A stretch of DNA of 63,054 nucleotides, counting the filler, from Asterionella formosa (taxonomy: Eukaryota), in the NCBI GenBank assembly GCA_002256025.1. It is 23 parts of 23 records of this genome, joined end to end, with 100 filler letters (N's around TTAATTAATTAA, not from the genome) between each part and the next. Parts side by side here need not be neighbours in the genome. Positions count along the whole stretch, not along the records: positions 11,795 to 37,860 come from NKIB01001859.1; 22 more parts are not named here. One strand, 5' to 3'. A program made the position numbers and the translations under genes. The notes under the pieces are model-generated. The model searched no databases. It was not told where the DNA came from and saw only the letters and a program-made list of their open reading frames with translations. Positions 23,204-34,440 of this stretch are shown piece by piece (within the stretch, counting starts at the first letter, position 1; every line of letters begins with the position of its first letter).

Positions 23204-24706
23204 ACCAGCAAGTTGCGGTAATTTTGCTGAAACTAATGATTTAGCTATCTTTATCCGAGATTAAAATGTTAGTTAAAGGTTGCGGCCCCGCAGTTACACA
23301 ATGCGAAGTCCGTTTTTCCCCAAAATAATTTTATTGTGTACGTCAATCCACACAGTACGAGCAACGAAATAAAACAGGTAAAGGTAAAATTAGCTTTCAC
23401 CAATACGACTACTTTGCATATGCTTAGATACAGTCATGGGTCGACTTGGTGGTATGATCTATACTCATTTCTGCAGAGAAGTGGCAGTCATCCCTCTTGG
23501 AATTTATTTAAGTGAAAGAAACGTGAAAACAATATTTCGGACATAACTCTACATCGATAAAATCTGGGCCTGCTCCTGCCTTTACCGGCAACTATTTGAA
23601 AATGAAATAGTTCGTGGCAATGAGAAATTTTTTTAGCTATGAGCAAAAATTTCAGGTACTGAGCAAATTTATTTAGCGACGAGCAATTCCTCAGAGCAAC
23701 GAGCAAATGCTATTAGCCATGAGGAAATCTTTCGTGTAGTGAGCAAATTGGAGGGTTTATAAAAATGGGGATGCCAAATCACTAAGTACGGTTATAATTT
23801 AAACTTACTTAAAAAACGAACATGGATAGGCAGCCAGCCGACTCCAATGGTCGGTTGTACTTGCAAAGCCCTTCAGGCGGGGTGAAACGAAAAAGCGCGC
23901 AGACAGCGCAATCACCGAACCTTCCACCCTGGTTCCACTGTACCGGTAGTACATAATCTCGGTTTCATGACGATGGAAGACAGGATGAAACTAGTGCCTG
24001 GTACCAGTACCGGTGAACCGGTACTGATTTTACCTGCTGGTATACAATACATGTGGTTCAAGTGTGGCTGGCATGTTTTTCAACCAATCAGAATATGTGT
24101 AGTGACACGGCAACGTACCCTGGAGTCTTTTCGCACTGAGAGCTGAGCAACAAAACATACCTACGCAAGACTCTAACTCTACAAGAACGTTTTGCACATT
24201 CAAATTCCGATTCCAATATTTTGGCGACTGTTGAAAGAGCCGATCGGGTAGACTTTTTGGAGGATGATTGCTCTCCATTTGCGGGGATTCATCCAGATTA
24301 AGTAGATAGCCGTGTACCCTATATTGTCAGGAGTTAACTTCTTGAGAGAAACTGCAGTTTTGTATTGTAGATTTTTAGAAAAGCTTCGTAGCCCCTTTTT
24401 TGACTACAATTTTTGCGATGGTTATGATTCTACGATACTTAAGTGCAGTTCCTTTCCAGAGATGAGGTATCCGTAGATAAAAGATACCCCTAAGTCGACC
24501 CATGACTGTATCTAAGCATGTGCAAAGTGGTCGTATTGGTGAAAGCTAATTTACCTTTAACTATTTTATTTACTTGTACGTAATGTGTTGATTAAGGTAC
24601 ATCGTAAAATTATTTTGGGAAAAAACGGACCTCACAATGTGTAACTGCAGGGCCACCTTTATTTGGAGTATAAAACATAAGCTAACAAATCTCGAATATG
24701 AAGATA
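23204..24706. mobile_element. Non-coding foldback/long-TIR element; arms about 23245-23457 and 24483-24706
   Basis: Imperfect inverted arms of over 200 bp (e.g. TAGCTTTCACCAATACGAC...CAGTCATGGGTCGACTT and its reverse complement) around a spacer of about 1 kb. Confidence 0.85.
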
Positions 24707-24721
24707 AAATGTCGGCCCAGC

Positions 24722-24737
24722 TAAGAGCATCGCCAAG
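24722..24737 (+). mobile_element. Left terminus of PIF/Harbinger element A (TAA plus GAGCATCGCCAA TIR)
   Basis: Matches the Tourist/PIF-type (A)GAGCATCTCCAA terminus with a TAA target triplet; GACCAAA-rich subterminal repeats follow. Confidence 0.6.
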
Positions 24738-25126
24738 GCATCGACCAAATACCAAGCCAATTGAAGTTGCGGGTCATTACACGTCATGATGCGTTGAGTT
24801 GGTCGAAAAAGCAAAAATATTTTAGCCACCACATCAACCAAGACCAAATATGCTTTGGTCTTGATCGAGGATGACCCCCTTTTCGACCAAATATCGGGTA
24901 ATGGTTGATTAGACTCCGACCAAAGCCAAATAAAAGGAGCATTTCTATTGGTTTAGATTGTGGCACACGCCGGCAACCTAACGTTTATAGTTTAATGAGT
25001 GCATACATAATCACAGTACATTCACTATGCTCTCTTCATTTAGATTTCTATAGGCCAATGTGATCTTGGTGTTGTGTATACATCATATTGAGTCAACATC
25101 ATAAAACAACAATCGTCATTGTTAGG

Positions 25127-25892
25127 ATGGGTTCCGGTGTCACGTGGGAGAAGGAAGAGGACGAAGCACTCTCTCGGGCCTGGGTAGCTGCAAGTGAAGA
25201 CGCAATCACTGGGACTGGTCAGAAAGCAAGAAAGTTTTGGAGCAGGGTATTTGAGATTTATGTTGAGCTTATCCCAGATGGGAAGGATCGCACCTCAACA
25301 GCGTGCACTGCTTGATGGGGAACAATCAATCAAGATGTGACAAAGTTTTGCGGCCTCTATTCACAGGTTGCGTCCATTGCTAAATCAGGTTGGCCAGACG
25401 ACAACACCTTGAAGAAGCAGGTAGAGAATTCTTGTTTGAAGGGTGTTGGCGAATTTTGAAGGATGCCCCAAAGTGGAAGGGTGGCTGTGGATATCTCCAC
25501 GATCAGCAGCAAATCGCAAAGAAGAGTCCTGAGTTACTAGATGTGTGTCCCATAGGGACGAAATCAGCAAAAGATAGTAAGCTGCTCGCAAATGCTCAGC
25601 TTATCATTGAACATAAAAAACACGTTCAGATGTTGGAAAGAAAGGTGAAGACGCAACGTGATGAATTTTTGTTTAAGATTTTCTCTCTTAATATTATTCA
25701 GAGGAAGCTAAAAGGAGGTTTGCTATGAAGGCTCAAGAAGCTATGGAGGAGATGGAGGATAGTTCAAAACCATCACGCAAAAAACCCAAGAACGGTTCTT
25801 TGGAGTCAGGCAGTTCAGTTGAAATCGATGTTTCAACTTCTCGTTCATTATCTATTGATGATGAGGTTTCGACTCTAGAGACTGGACCATAA
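25127..25892 (+). pseudogene. Harbinger A Myb/SANT-like (NAM-associated-type) accessory gene, with a stop and frameshifts
   Basis: MGSGVTWEKEEDEALSRAWVAASEDAITGTGQKARKFWSRV...*WGTINQDVTKFCGLY...FEGCWRILKDAPKW...PIGTKSAK. Confidence 0.85.
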
Positions 25893-26012
25893 GAGTATTA
25901 AACTAGTTTGATAAAAGTGACATTACATTACACTAATCCTTTCATTATTGCCAATATAGAACTTGTATTTTACAGACTAAAAAATATACATCTAGAATCA
26001 AGTTATTATCTA

Positions 26013-26273
26013 CTATTTGTTCTCGTTTTGAGTCCACAAGTGCTCGATCAAATTGTTACGCAATTGAAAGTGCTCAACTTCAATCATGTAGTTCATTCTA
26101 ATATTCTTGAAATCAAAAAATGTGTGTACATTGTCATGATTCACGTTGTCAACCAAAAATCTATCCTGAATATTGTCAAATATTGTGGTTGGTTGTTGAT
26201 GGCAAACTGTACTTTTGGAGTCCTTCCAGCTGACAAAATTCTTGATTTGCCATGAGTCAACACAGACATGCAA
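26013..26273 (-). pseudogene. C-terminal remnant of the Harbinger A (plant-type PIF) transposase
   Basis: Ends HFQLRNNLIEHLW (HxxLxxDLIEHxW motif) and is convergent with the Myb gene. Confidence 0.6.
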
Positions 26274-26348
26274 GATCGTCTATACACTTCTTCTTACACT
26301 TCCGCTTGCCATCTTCCCCTTTCAGGTTTACAACAAGCAATCAGCACC

Positions 26349-27753
26349 ATGTCATCATTGTCACTGCACAACGACGAACAAATGGATCAACATTGGACTG
26401 AAGGTGCCATAAATATCAATGATGGCAATGATGATGATGGTAATGATGTCATCAGTAATCAATTTTTTTATAATGAAAACAATCATCAATTCTTTGATTA
26501 CGTGACCATGATCAATTTTTTATCATTTGTCATCTGGCTCTGGAGGCTGAAACGAAAGTTAAAAAGAGGAAGACGAAATGGGAGCATGAGAAAATGTCAT
26601 GGCATTCTCATGTCAAGAAGCTGTGTCATGAGGACGCTTTTGAAAAGACTTATAGAATGTCCCTTCGAGCCTTTAAGAAGTTGGTTTACTTGCTGGAGTG
26701 TGATGTCATTGGGATTTTTTTTAAGTGCGGTACAGCTACTCCCATTTAACCAGAAATTTTGCTGGCCATTGGCATTCGATGGTTGGCTTGAGGCAGCTAC
26801 ATTGAAATTCGTCATGCCAATGGCTGTAGCATAGCTTCAATCTATAGATGCCAAGATTCATTTCTTGAAGCTGTGCTTAACTGTGATTATCTGAAAATTA
26901 TATTTCCTAAAACAAGGAGTGATTTGGTGAAATTGGCTATTGCCTTTGAACAAAAGAGCACAGAAGGGTTGATCAGAGGGTGTGTTGGTGCTATTGATGG
27001 TTTTTTAGCCACAATTAGTCACCCCATGCTACGTGACTGTGGAAACAATCCAGGAGCTTTTTATTCTGGACATTACATGACTTATGGTTTCAATGTTCAG
27101 GCTATCTGTGATGTTGAGAGTAGATTTATATTTTTTGGGGTGATTGCTCCTGGACAATGCAGTGATCAAGTTGCGTTTGAGAGAACTGCTCAACCCAACA
27201 AAACTGCATTATTTGATTCTGGTTTCTATCTTTTTGGTGATGCAGCATATACATTGTCAGATGTCATGTTAGTTCCATTTGTTGGTTCTCATCGTGATGA
27301 CCCAACACAAGATGCCTATAATTTCTTTCTTTTCCAGCTAGCCACGGATTAGGATAGAAATGGCATTTGGTTTGTTACAGACAAAATGGGCTGTTCTAAA
27401 AAGAAATTTAAAAACTGGTTTGGAAACAACTGCAAAAGTGCTTGAGGTATATGCACGTTTGCAATGTCATAGACGAAAATAAAGTTGATAAGGATATTTC
27501 TGGGTCATCTGGAAGTGATGAGGCAGATGACATCCAGGAGATTTTAGCTGAAATCACTCCAGTCTACAATTCTCCACTTGGTTGGGGATATTTGCCAACG
27601 GTTGAGAAATTGGATGTAATGCCTGGTAGTTCTGTCATTCAAGATGTTATTCTTGAAAGAATTGCTAACATGGGTTTGCAAGGACCTCCAGGTAATATTG
27701 AAAGAAAAAAGGTTGGAATTACATGAATTAAGTTTAATGTGGATTATAATTGA
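26349..27753 (+). pseudogene. Harbinger B HARBI1-type DDE transposase, frameshifted
   Basis: FEKTYRMS...F, LAIGIRWLA.GSY, GCVGAIDG, FYSGHYMTYGFNVQAICD, GDAAY and RIEMAFGLLQTKW. Confidence 0.92.
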
Positions 27754-27774
27754 TTGTTGAAAAACAATTATTCA

Positions 27775-29304
27775 TTTCAATGTGTCACCTTGAGACAAGA
27801 GATTGAAGACCTGATCACGCTTTCTTTTACACAATGCATTTTATAAAAGAGCTTGGACAATGTCAGAACTTGAAGAGTCATAATCTTTTTTTTCGAGTTC
27901 TTCCAATTCCTCCTGCGCAACTCTTAGTCGGACCTCATACTTATCCAAGACATCCAGTAGATAATTCTCTCTGCGTGGTGCAGTTGTAGACTCTAGCAGT
28001 CTGAGTTTTGCAACATTTGACTTCCCAAATGATTCCAATGCACTTGCAAGTTTTTGAGAAGATGATGTAGGTTTTTTTCGTCAAGATTGCATATCTTCCC
28101 TTCTTTCTAACACTGAAATTGCTTGAAGATTTTGATTTTGATGACAATGTGGTGGCAGTATCGTCAATGTCTATACTCTCACGGAAGGCATAATTTGGTA
28201 ACAGTGGTACAGCAAAATTCAATAGATGTGGAACTTGACACAACCCAAGATGTGGAACTTGACACACCCAAAGATGGTAGTAATATAAGAAATGACGTGA
28301 CCCAACAAAGTTGATAAAATCATCATGATTGCCTGATTGTTTGTTTTTTCGATAGGCAACTTGATAATGATGATTAATGTATCCCATTACCAATGAAAAG
28401 TCTTTGGAAGTGAGGACATCATATTTTTTTGCGTAGTCAGCATCAATTCCAACTTGGTCCCAGTATTCATCTTTGGGAAATGCTAGAATGGTGCAGTCAT
28501 CATCCTCATCATCATTAAATGTGACAACAAGTCGATTGACAATGAACTTGTGTCGAAATCCTCTTGCATCAAGTTCAGCCAGAGTTGCTTGGTGGCTGAC
28601 CTAGACGCAAAACATCACTGCGATGCTTGTTGCACATGTAGACATTAATGACACAGAAGTATGTGTTGCTGCAGGTCACAGCATGTGGAGGGGTTGACTT
28701 TGCCTGTGCCTTATTCTTTTTCGCTTTTTTACAGGAGGGTTCACTTCCTCTTGTTCAAACTGAGGATCAACAAAACACTCAAGTGGCTGCACTGCTGTTG
28801 CCTCTTGAACTTTGTTGTTCCTTTCATCATTATCATCTTCGCAATCTTCATCAACTTTGAATTCCTCATCATTAATTGATGAATGTTTTCATTATCATTA
28901 TCACTATCCAATTCAATGTCTGATTCATTGACATTGAAAGATCTAGGGTATATCCTCTGTGACAAGCTTTCTCTCTTCAAAAGTCGAGCAATCAAAGCAA
29001 CAGTGAAAGTCTTCTTCGCATTTTTGTATCCAGAAACTTTGTATCTAACGCAAATTTTTCGGAGAACCTTGACCGAGATCTGCTTCATTGCAACACCTTT
29101 GATGAAAATCACCTGTGTCCTTTCACTATCAAGCACAAAGTCATCAGGAAGTATGAGGGAGTCAACAAATCGATCGACTTCAGTATCTGTAGCAAGAGAC
29201 TGCATTGTATTGTTGAAGGTGGTGGGTTGATCTTGATATACAGTGGTCTCCACATCAACAGTTGTTGTTAGCGTTTGTGTGACTGGTTCCATATGCGGTT
29301 CCAT
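27775..29304 (-). pseudogene. Harbinger B accessory ORF, frameshifted, convergent with the transposase
   Basis: Pieces ISVKVLRKICVRYKVSGYKN and KQSGNHDDFINFVGSRHFLYYYHLW plus a coiled-coil tail, lying between the transposase and the right TIR. Confidence 0.6.
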
Positions 29305-29584
29305 TTGCCTTGCTTGTAGTATCTTCAGGGAGATTCCAATGACTGATCTGTAGTAACAAATACACAAAAACACTTGGGAATTAATTATAAGATCGCCAAG
29401 TATAAGTTTGTGTCTGGTGCCAAATAATTGTATCAATGGTGTTGCTTGGACGATGTACGCAGCCAGCATAAAATTGAAGGAATAGTATATGCCATATATA
29501 TTATCAATGGTGCCTTGCCGTGCAGGTTTATTTTCGGTTATTTTAGTAGTGACAACGGAAATGATACCCACGTGAAAACGTCAG

Positions 29585-29758
29585 TATCACTGATACCATT
29601 TTTGGAGGGGGCAAAAAAGGTATCAATTTTGTATCAATGATACAAAATTGATACCATCAAGTTACCATTGCTGATACCATGTTTTGATACCAACCGTCAC
29701 TTTTTGCCCCCAGCCCGGAAATGATACAGCAAATTCGGAATGATAAGAACGACCCTAA
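29585..29758 (-). mobile_element. Right terminus of Harbinger B: TGATACC subterminal repeats, a palindrome, and TIR GGGTCGTTCTTATCA with TAA
   Basis: ...TGATAAGAACGACCC|TAA at 29741-29758; perfect palindrome with 18-bp arms at 29619-29655. Confidence 0.7.
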
Positions 29759-30356
29759 AAAAATAACCGAAAATACGCCTGCAGGGTAGTACTTTTGTTG
29801 ACATCTACATAATATACACAAAAGTTGTATGGTGTGCATCAAAGAAGCACCATGCAATCATTATAGCGGCCGTGTGTGGCAATGTTCAGCCACAACACCA
29901 AAGAACGACAACCACAGAGTCGAGAATTGAACAGATTGAGTCATGTGCATAGAGACATAGTACCTGGTACCCGGTATCTAATTACAGTTACCTGGTACTA
30001 ATATTCAAAAATTCATGACAAAGTATAGGAGAGAAATAGTACAACGTGCCCCAGGTAAGCAAAGTCATTCAATAGTGAACAGGCACGGTATGGTAGAAAT
30101 ATGTATGACCAATTCATATGTATGTTGAACAACCCATGCATGGATTTATACCGGGCTAACCAACAGATACCTGGCTGGTACCTGGTACCAGGTACCAGAC
30201 AGCAGTAAAACCAACAGGGTATGAAATTAATTATATAGCACACATTAGTAGAATTAAACATTTGGTAAACGTATTTCTCTTTGTCCGGCAACGACTGGGT
30301 TTGTCGTGATTTGCAATTCAGTTGTTTATATCGTGTTTCCACTTTCCTTTTCTTAA

Positions 30357-30520
30357 GTACTAGGCAATAGAATACGAAAACGATCACGTGACTACGACAT
30401 ATACTAGCTGTCCAAATACTTAGGCTTTGGCTGTCACTACCGGCGCATTCTACCATCACTCGTCCAGCACGTACTAGGCAATAGAATACGAAAATGATCA
30501 CGTGACTACAACAAATACCT
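30357..30520. repeat. Direct repeat pair of about 50 bp (30357-30406 and 30471-30520)
   Basis: GTACTAGGCAATAGAATACGAAAA(C/T)GATCACGTGACTAC occurs twice. Confidence 0.9.
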
Positions 30521-31060
30521 GTGCAAATACCATTGACTATAGTAGTCCATATACCGGTAGTCCCAGGTACCACGCGCCGGGGTGCTGGTAATAGCAGTGG
30601 ACGCTCCTGCAATTCATTACCAGCTACCAGGTACTGTCATCCCGCCAACGGCTTTTTTTGCTGCTTCCTCCGTGTTGCTAATTCTAGCGATGGAATAAGC
30701 AGCAGGCATCGCTTTTGAATTAGTTTCATGGGACTAGCCTTGCCTGTTCGCTGATGCATATTGACCCATATGCTGGTACATGCATAGGTAAAGAAATCCA
30801 AATTCTTTTGAGAGGGACTCGTTCCGAATGACTTGGAACAAAGCTTGCCACGAATGCACCCAAGATTGATGAGGTAATGGTTAGCGATATAAAGGGTCGT
30901 GGTTTGCAGAATTATGTGTCGGTTCTGGCCAAAATGTAAAATGAGAACAATCAATCAATAATAGCATTACGAATTTTGTCCATGAAACAGTTTTTGATCT
31001 CACAATTTCGATTCCTCCACATTTACGTTTTCATTTATTTCTAACAACTATTATTCAACC

Positions 31061-31318
31061 ATGGCTTCACAAGATACAGTTCAATACTTCCTGCAACCGA
31101 CCAATCTTCCTGTGTGGTCAGTACTACCGGTCAGCACAACAACTAATCAAGAGGCCCCATCCTTGTCAATATCATCAGAGGACTCGACAAGGTCCATTCC
31201 CCTCGTGAGGAAACGGACATCAGAAGACGACGCTTCTTGCAAGTCATCCGCCACAACCAAGCGATTCCGGGAACCACTAGGAGATATCACGAATTTGTAC
31301 TATCCGTCATCCTATTGA
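31061..31318 (+). CDS. Small orphan protein A2 (85 aa) with an NLS-like motif and a D-box; paralog of 16890-17132
   Basis: IPLVRKRTSEDDAS...KRFREPLGDITN; ACCATGG start context. Confidence 0.72.
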   Translation: MASQDTVQYFLQPTNLPVWSVLPVSTTTNQEAPSLSISSEDSTRSIPLVRKRTSEDDASCKSSATTKRFREPLGDITNLYYPSSY

Positions 31319-31843
31319 TTGCGACGGCGATGAAAGGCGTTTCCTGCAGCCTTTGTACGAACAAAAATTATTATACCAGCACTATGATGCTTTCAAAAGT
31401 AAAATGTAGCTGAGGTTCGCCCGAAAACTAAATTGTATGGTACTAGATTATTTCTGATAATGCATTAATTGAGTGTCGCAAAACCTCGGTAGAGTGAAAA
31501 CAACGCTTTGAATGAGGCCTACAAATGATGTTCGCCAAAAGCATCATAATAATAACCAGTCTTCAGTCCTTGTCGGGGCAATACACCATTTCATGTACAC
31601 AACATGCTTTGGCACCAGGTAGCGCATTGAACTCGCATTCAGCAAGGACTACAATGAAAAGCAGAAAGGTTAATTCGTCATATACTGACACATACAGTAT
31701 TTAGTCCACTATTGATGAAACTATGCTCAGGTAGTGTTCTCACGATTATTTAAAGCAAGGTACAGTATATCCATTATTCGGAATATAAGTACGTTACGTT
31801 ACTAGTACTTTTGATTCCCCGAATACCACTACTCAATGATGAA

Positions 31844-33184
31844 TTAACTGAACAACATGTCCATGTACTTCTTTCTGCTACTATCTGTCATTTCTTGTCC
31901 ATCCTCACGTCGGAGACCATATGCAGACGCCTCACAAGAAGGGGAGGACGACAATTTGCGTGTCGCTGACCAAGCAATAGCATTTTCACATGACACACGA
32001 CGCGACATGGTTGTTGGCTTCAAAGCGGCGATACTTTGCCACGAAAGTTTTCGCGTTTCCTTTTTTGCTTCCAAGGACGACGTTTTTGTGTCCGAGTTGC
32101 TCTTTGCCGTAGCGTCGGTACACATAAACTTGTCGTTGGTGTGATCCCATGGATCTGGTTCCACACTGTTCAGTGAACTGTTAGGTCTTGGTTGACGCAA
32201 AGCACTTTGGTTTTCTCCAATGATGTGATTCCTATCCGCAGCACAAGCAGTAGTAGCCCCTTGTCTCTGATGCATAGTGAAACCATTTCTCCCTTGTGCG
32301 GTCGCTATAACGTCACGTCGAGGTCGAGGTCCAGGATCCTCGTCCCCCTTCAATTTCTCGATGCGAACTGCTGGTCTACCCAAAGGACGCCGTGTTGTAG
32401 TAGTAGTCTTGACGTCTGAGGTTTTCAAGCTGGTTTCCGAGATGGGTATCAGGGGTCCAAGATTCCTTGGCATGGACGGTATGGAAAGCAAGTGAACTGG
32501 ACGATCATGATGTGACTGTGCTGCGCTTGCTGGGCGTAATTCTTGGGGTTTACTAGAAGAAGTTGGTGAACTTTTGCGGCTTCCTCGTGAATGATCAGAC
32601 TGAGTAGTCAATACTACCTGTGTCGGGACCTTTCTATCTTCCAATTGACGGTGTTCTGTGCTTGCTTTGTTCCTGTCACACGATTCTGCCGATCCACTGC
32701 GCACTCGATCCATTGACGACAATGGCGCTCGCTTCATTTTCGCATTCTCTTGATGAAATCGATACCTCTGTTCAAGGGGAGTGTCTCGACTGGGCTGATG
32801 CTGTCTTGATGAGCGTCCTGAACCAGCAACAGGAGGGGGACTGTGGGACCTTACAACATGTCGTCGTGTTCGGTCACTTTGTCGATGATCATGCTCTGAC
32901 TGACTCACAGTTCTGGGGCGATGAATTCGTTCCTTCTCTTCCAAACGGATGCTGCATCTGGCGCTTTTACTATGAGTCTGCTGCTTGATATCATCCAGTG
33001 AAGAAATGGATGGCTTGGACCTTGCTCTGCCTTCAATGACTGCATAGAGATCAACGAATGACTCCTCGTCAGAATCCAAGTCTTGGATATCCTCATAAGA
33101 AGTAGCAAGCTTAATGATGCCGTCCATCGACCCTTCATCGTCGTCGTCCAGTCGCATACATTCGGTTTGCTTTGAAATTGCCAT
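31844..33184 (-). CDS. Ser/Arg-rich disordered orphan protein B2 (about 446 aa from the ATG at 33184); paralog of 19947-20948
   Basis: DLYAVIEGRARSKPS and C-terminal TDSSRKKYMDMLFS; long uninterrupted ORF. Confidence 0.78.
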   Translation of the reverse strand: MAISKQTECMRLDDDDEGSMDGIIKLATSYEDIQDLDSDEESFVDLYAVIEGRARSKPSISSLDDIKQQTHSKSARCSIRLEEKERIHRPRTVSQSEHDHRQSDRTRRHVVRSHSPPPVAGSGRSSRQHQPSRDTPLEQRYRFHQENAKMKRAPLSSMDRVRSGSAESCDRNKASTEHRQLEDRKVPTQVVLTTQSDHSRGSRKSSPTSSSKPQELRPASAAQSHHDRPVHLLSIPSMPRNLGPLIPISETSLKTSDVKTTTTTRRPLGRPAVRIEKLKGDEDPGPRPRRDVIATAQGRNGFTMHQRQGATTACAADRNHIIGENQSALRQPRPNSSLNSVEPDPWDHTNDKFMCTDATAKSNSDTKTSSLEAKKETRKLSWQSIAALKPTTMSRRVSCENAIAWSATRKLSSSPSCEASAYGLRREDGQEMTDSSRKKYMDMLFS

Positions 33185-34112
33185 GTTGTTTGATGTGTCA
33201 TTAATAATTGATTCAATTATTATTGCACACAAAAATTATGTGTTGGGATGGAGCGTATCGAAACGACACGGAGGAACAAAGGAAATGACGTTGATTTACG
33301 CCGGACATTTTATTTCAGCCAACGTCAGCTGTGGTTGCCGAAGGCCATTCTTGCTGTGACCTCCGACAAAATATCGAAACACAATGTTCTTTGATACATA
33401 CCGGCATTACGGTATCTTGAATATCAGTCCTGAGCGATGCCTTATGGTGCTGGAATGCAACCTGCTGTTTGATCCTGTATTCTGCAGAATTGACGATGAG
33501 TTATTTGTTGTCAAATGACCCCGAATGATGTCACAGTTTACGACCATCAACCAATCACAAATTGTTATTGCAATGACCCACCGGGCATCCTTTGCTCACA
33601 GCCACTAAAAGTAAAGTTTTGATATTTGTGAAAGGTAATACAAGTACCTGATTACCTGTAGACTCGTATTTGATATAGTCATTATCAGAAGTACAGTACC
33701 AGGTACCTGCATTTTGGAGAATCTATACAGACATTGTAATCCAAGCATTTTTCACATACAATGACTTTAATGAAACGTACCGGTAGTTTAGGACATAAAT
33801 GGCGATATCCTCCCTGGTACCAGTGTGACATGTTGCCCTGACCAATAATTTTTAGATACTGTACTTATATGCATGTAGCGGTTTACCAGCAGGACTAAAA
33901 GTCTACGAGCAGTCCAACATAACCTGGTGCCTGGTAGACTTCCAATGTATCCACTCTGACATATGTCGACTGTGAAGTTTCGGTACCAGATTCTTCAAGA
34001 CTACCTTCGTCGGAGTGGTACCTGGTACCAAGTATTATCGCAATGCAAACTACATTTATATCCTGCTCAGAAGGATTTGCAACCTGCCAGCGTGCACATT
34101 TGAAGATCATCA

Positions 34113-34440
34113 GATACCACTGTCCACCACAACAAGAAGGGCTATGATTCAATCTTGCACACGTGAAGTATTTACAAGTAATACGGTACCAGGTACCATC
34201 AGCTACTTGAAAGTTGCTGTGCCTGGTACCTGGTACCGTTTCGTTCATGCCTCAAGTAGGACGCAGTACCGGGAGATTAGACCACCGGTCACCACAACAA
34301 GAACGGCTTTGATTCAATCTTGCACACATGAAGTATTTAGAAGTACTACGGTACCAGGTACAATCAGCTACTTGAAAGTTGCTGTCCCTGGTACCGTTTC
34401 GTTCATGCCTCAAGAAGGACGCAGTACCTGGTACCGGAAG
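34113..34440. repeat. Tandem duplication of a unit of about 165 bp (2 copies)
   Basis: CACCACAACAAGAA.GGCT.TGATTCAATCTTGCACAC...CAGCTACTTGAAAGTTGCTGT...GGACGCAGTACC is repeated. Confidence 0.9.

Noticed and set aside
23622..23748. Mini-CRISPR
   Set aside because: A 7-nt core with 13-nt linkers is far too short, the linkers are partly related to each other, and the context is a eukaryotic transposon.
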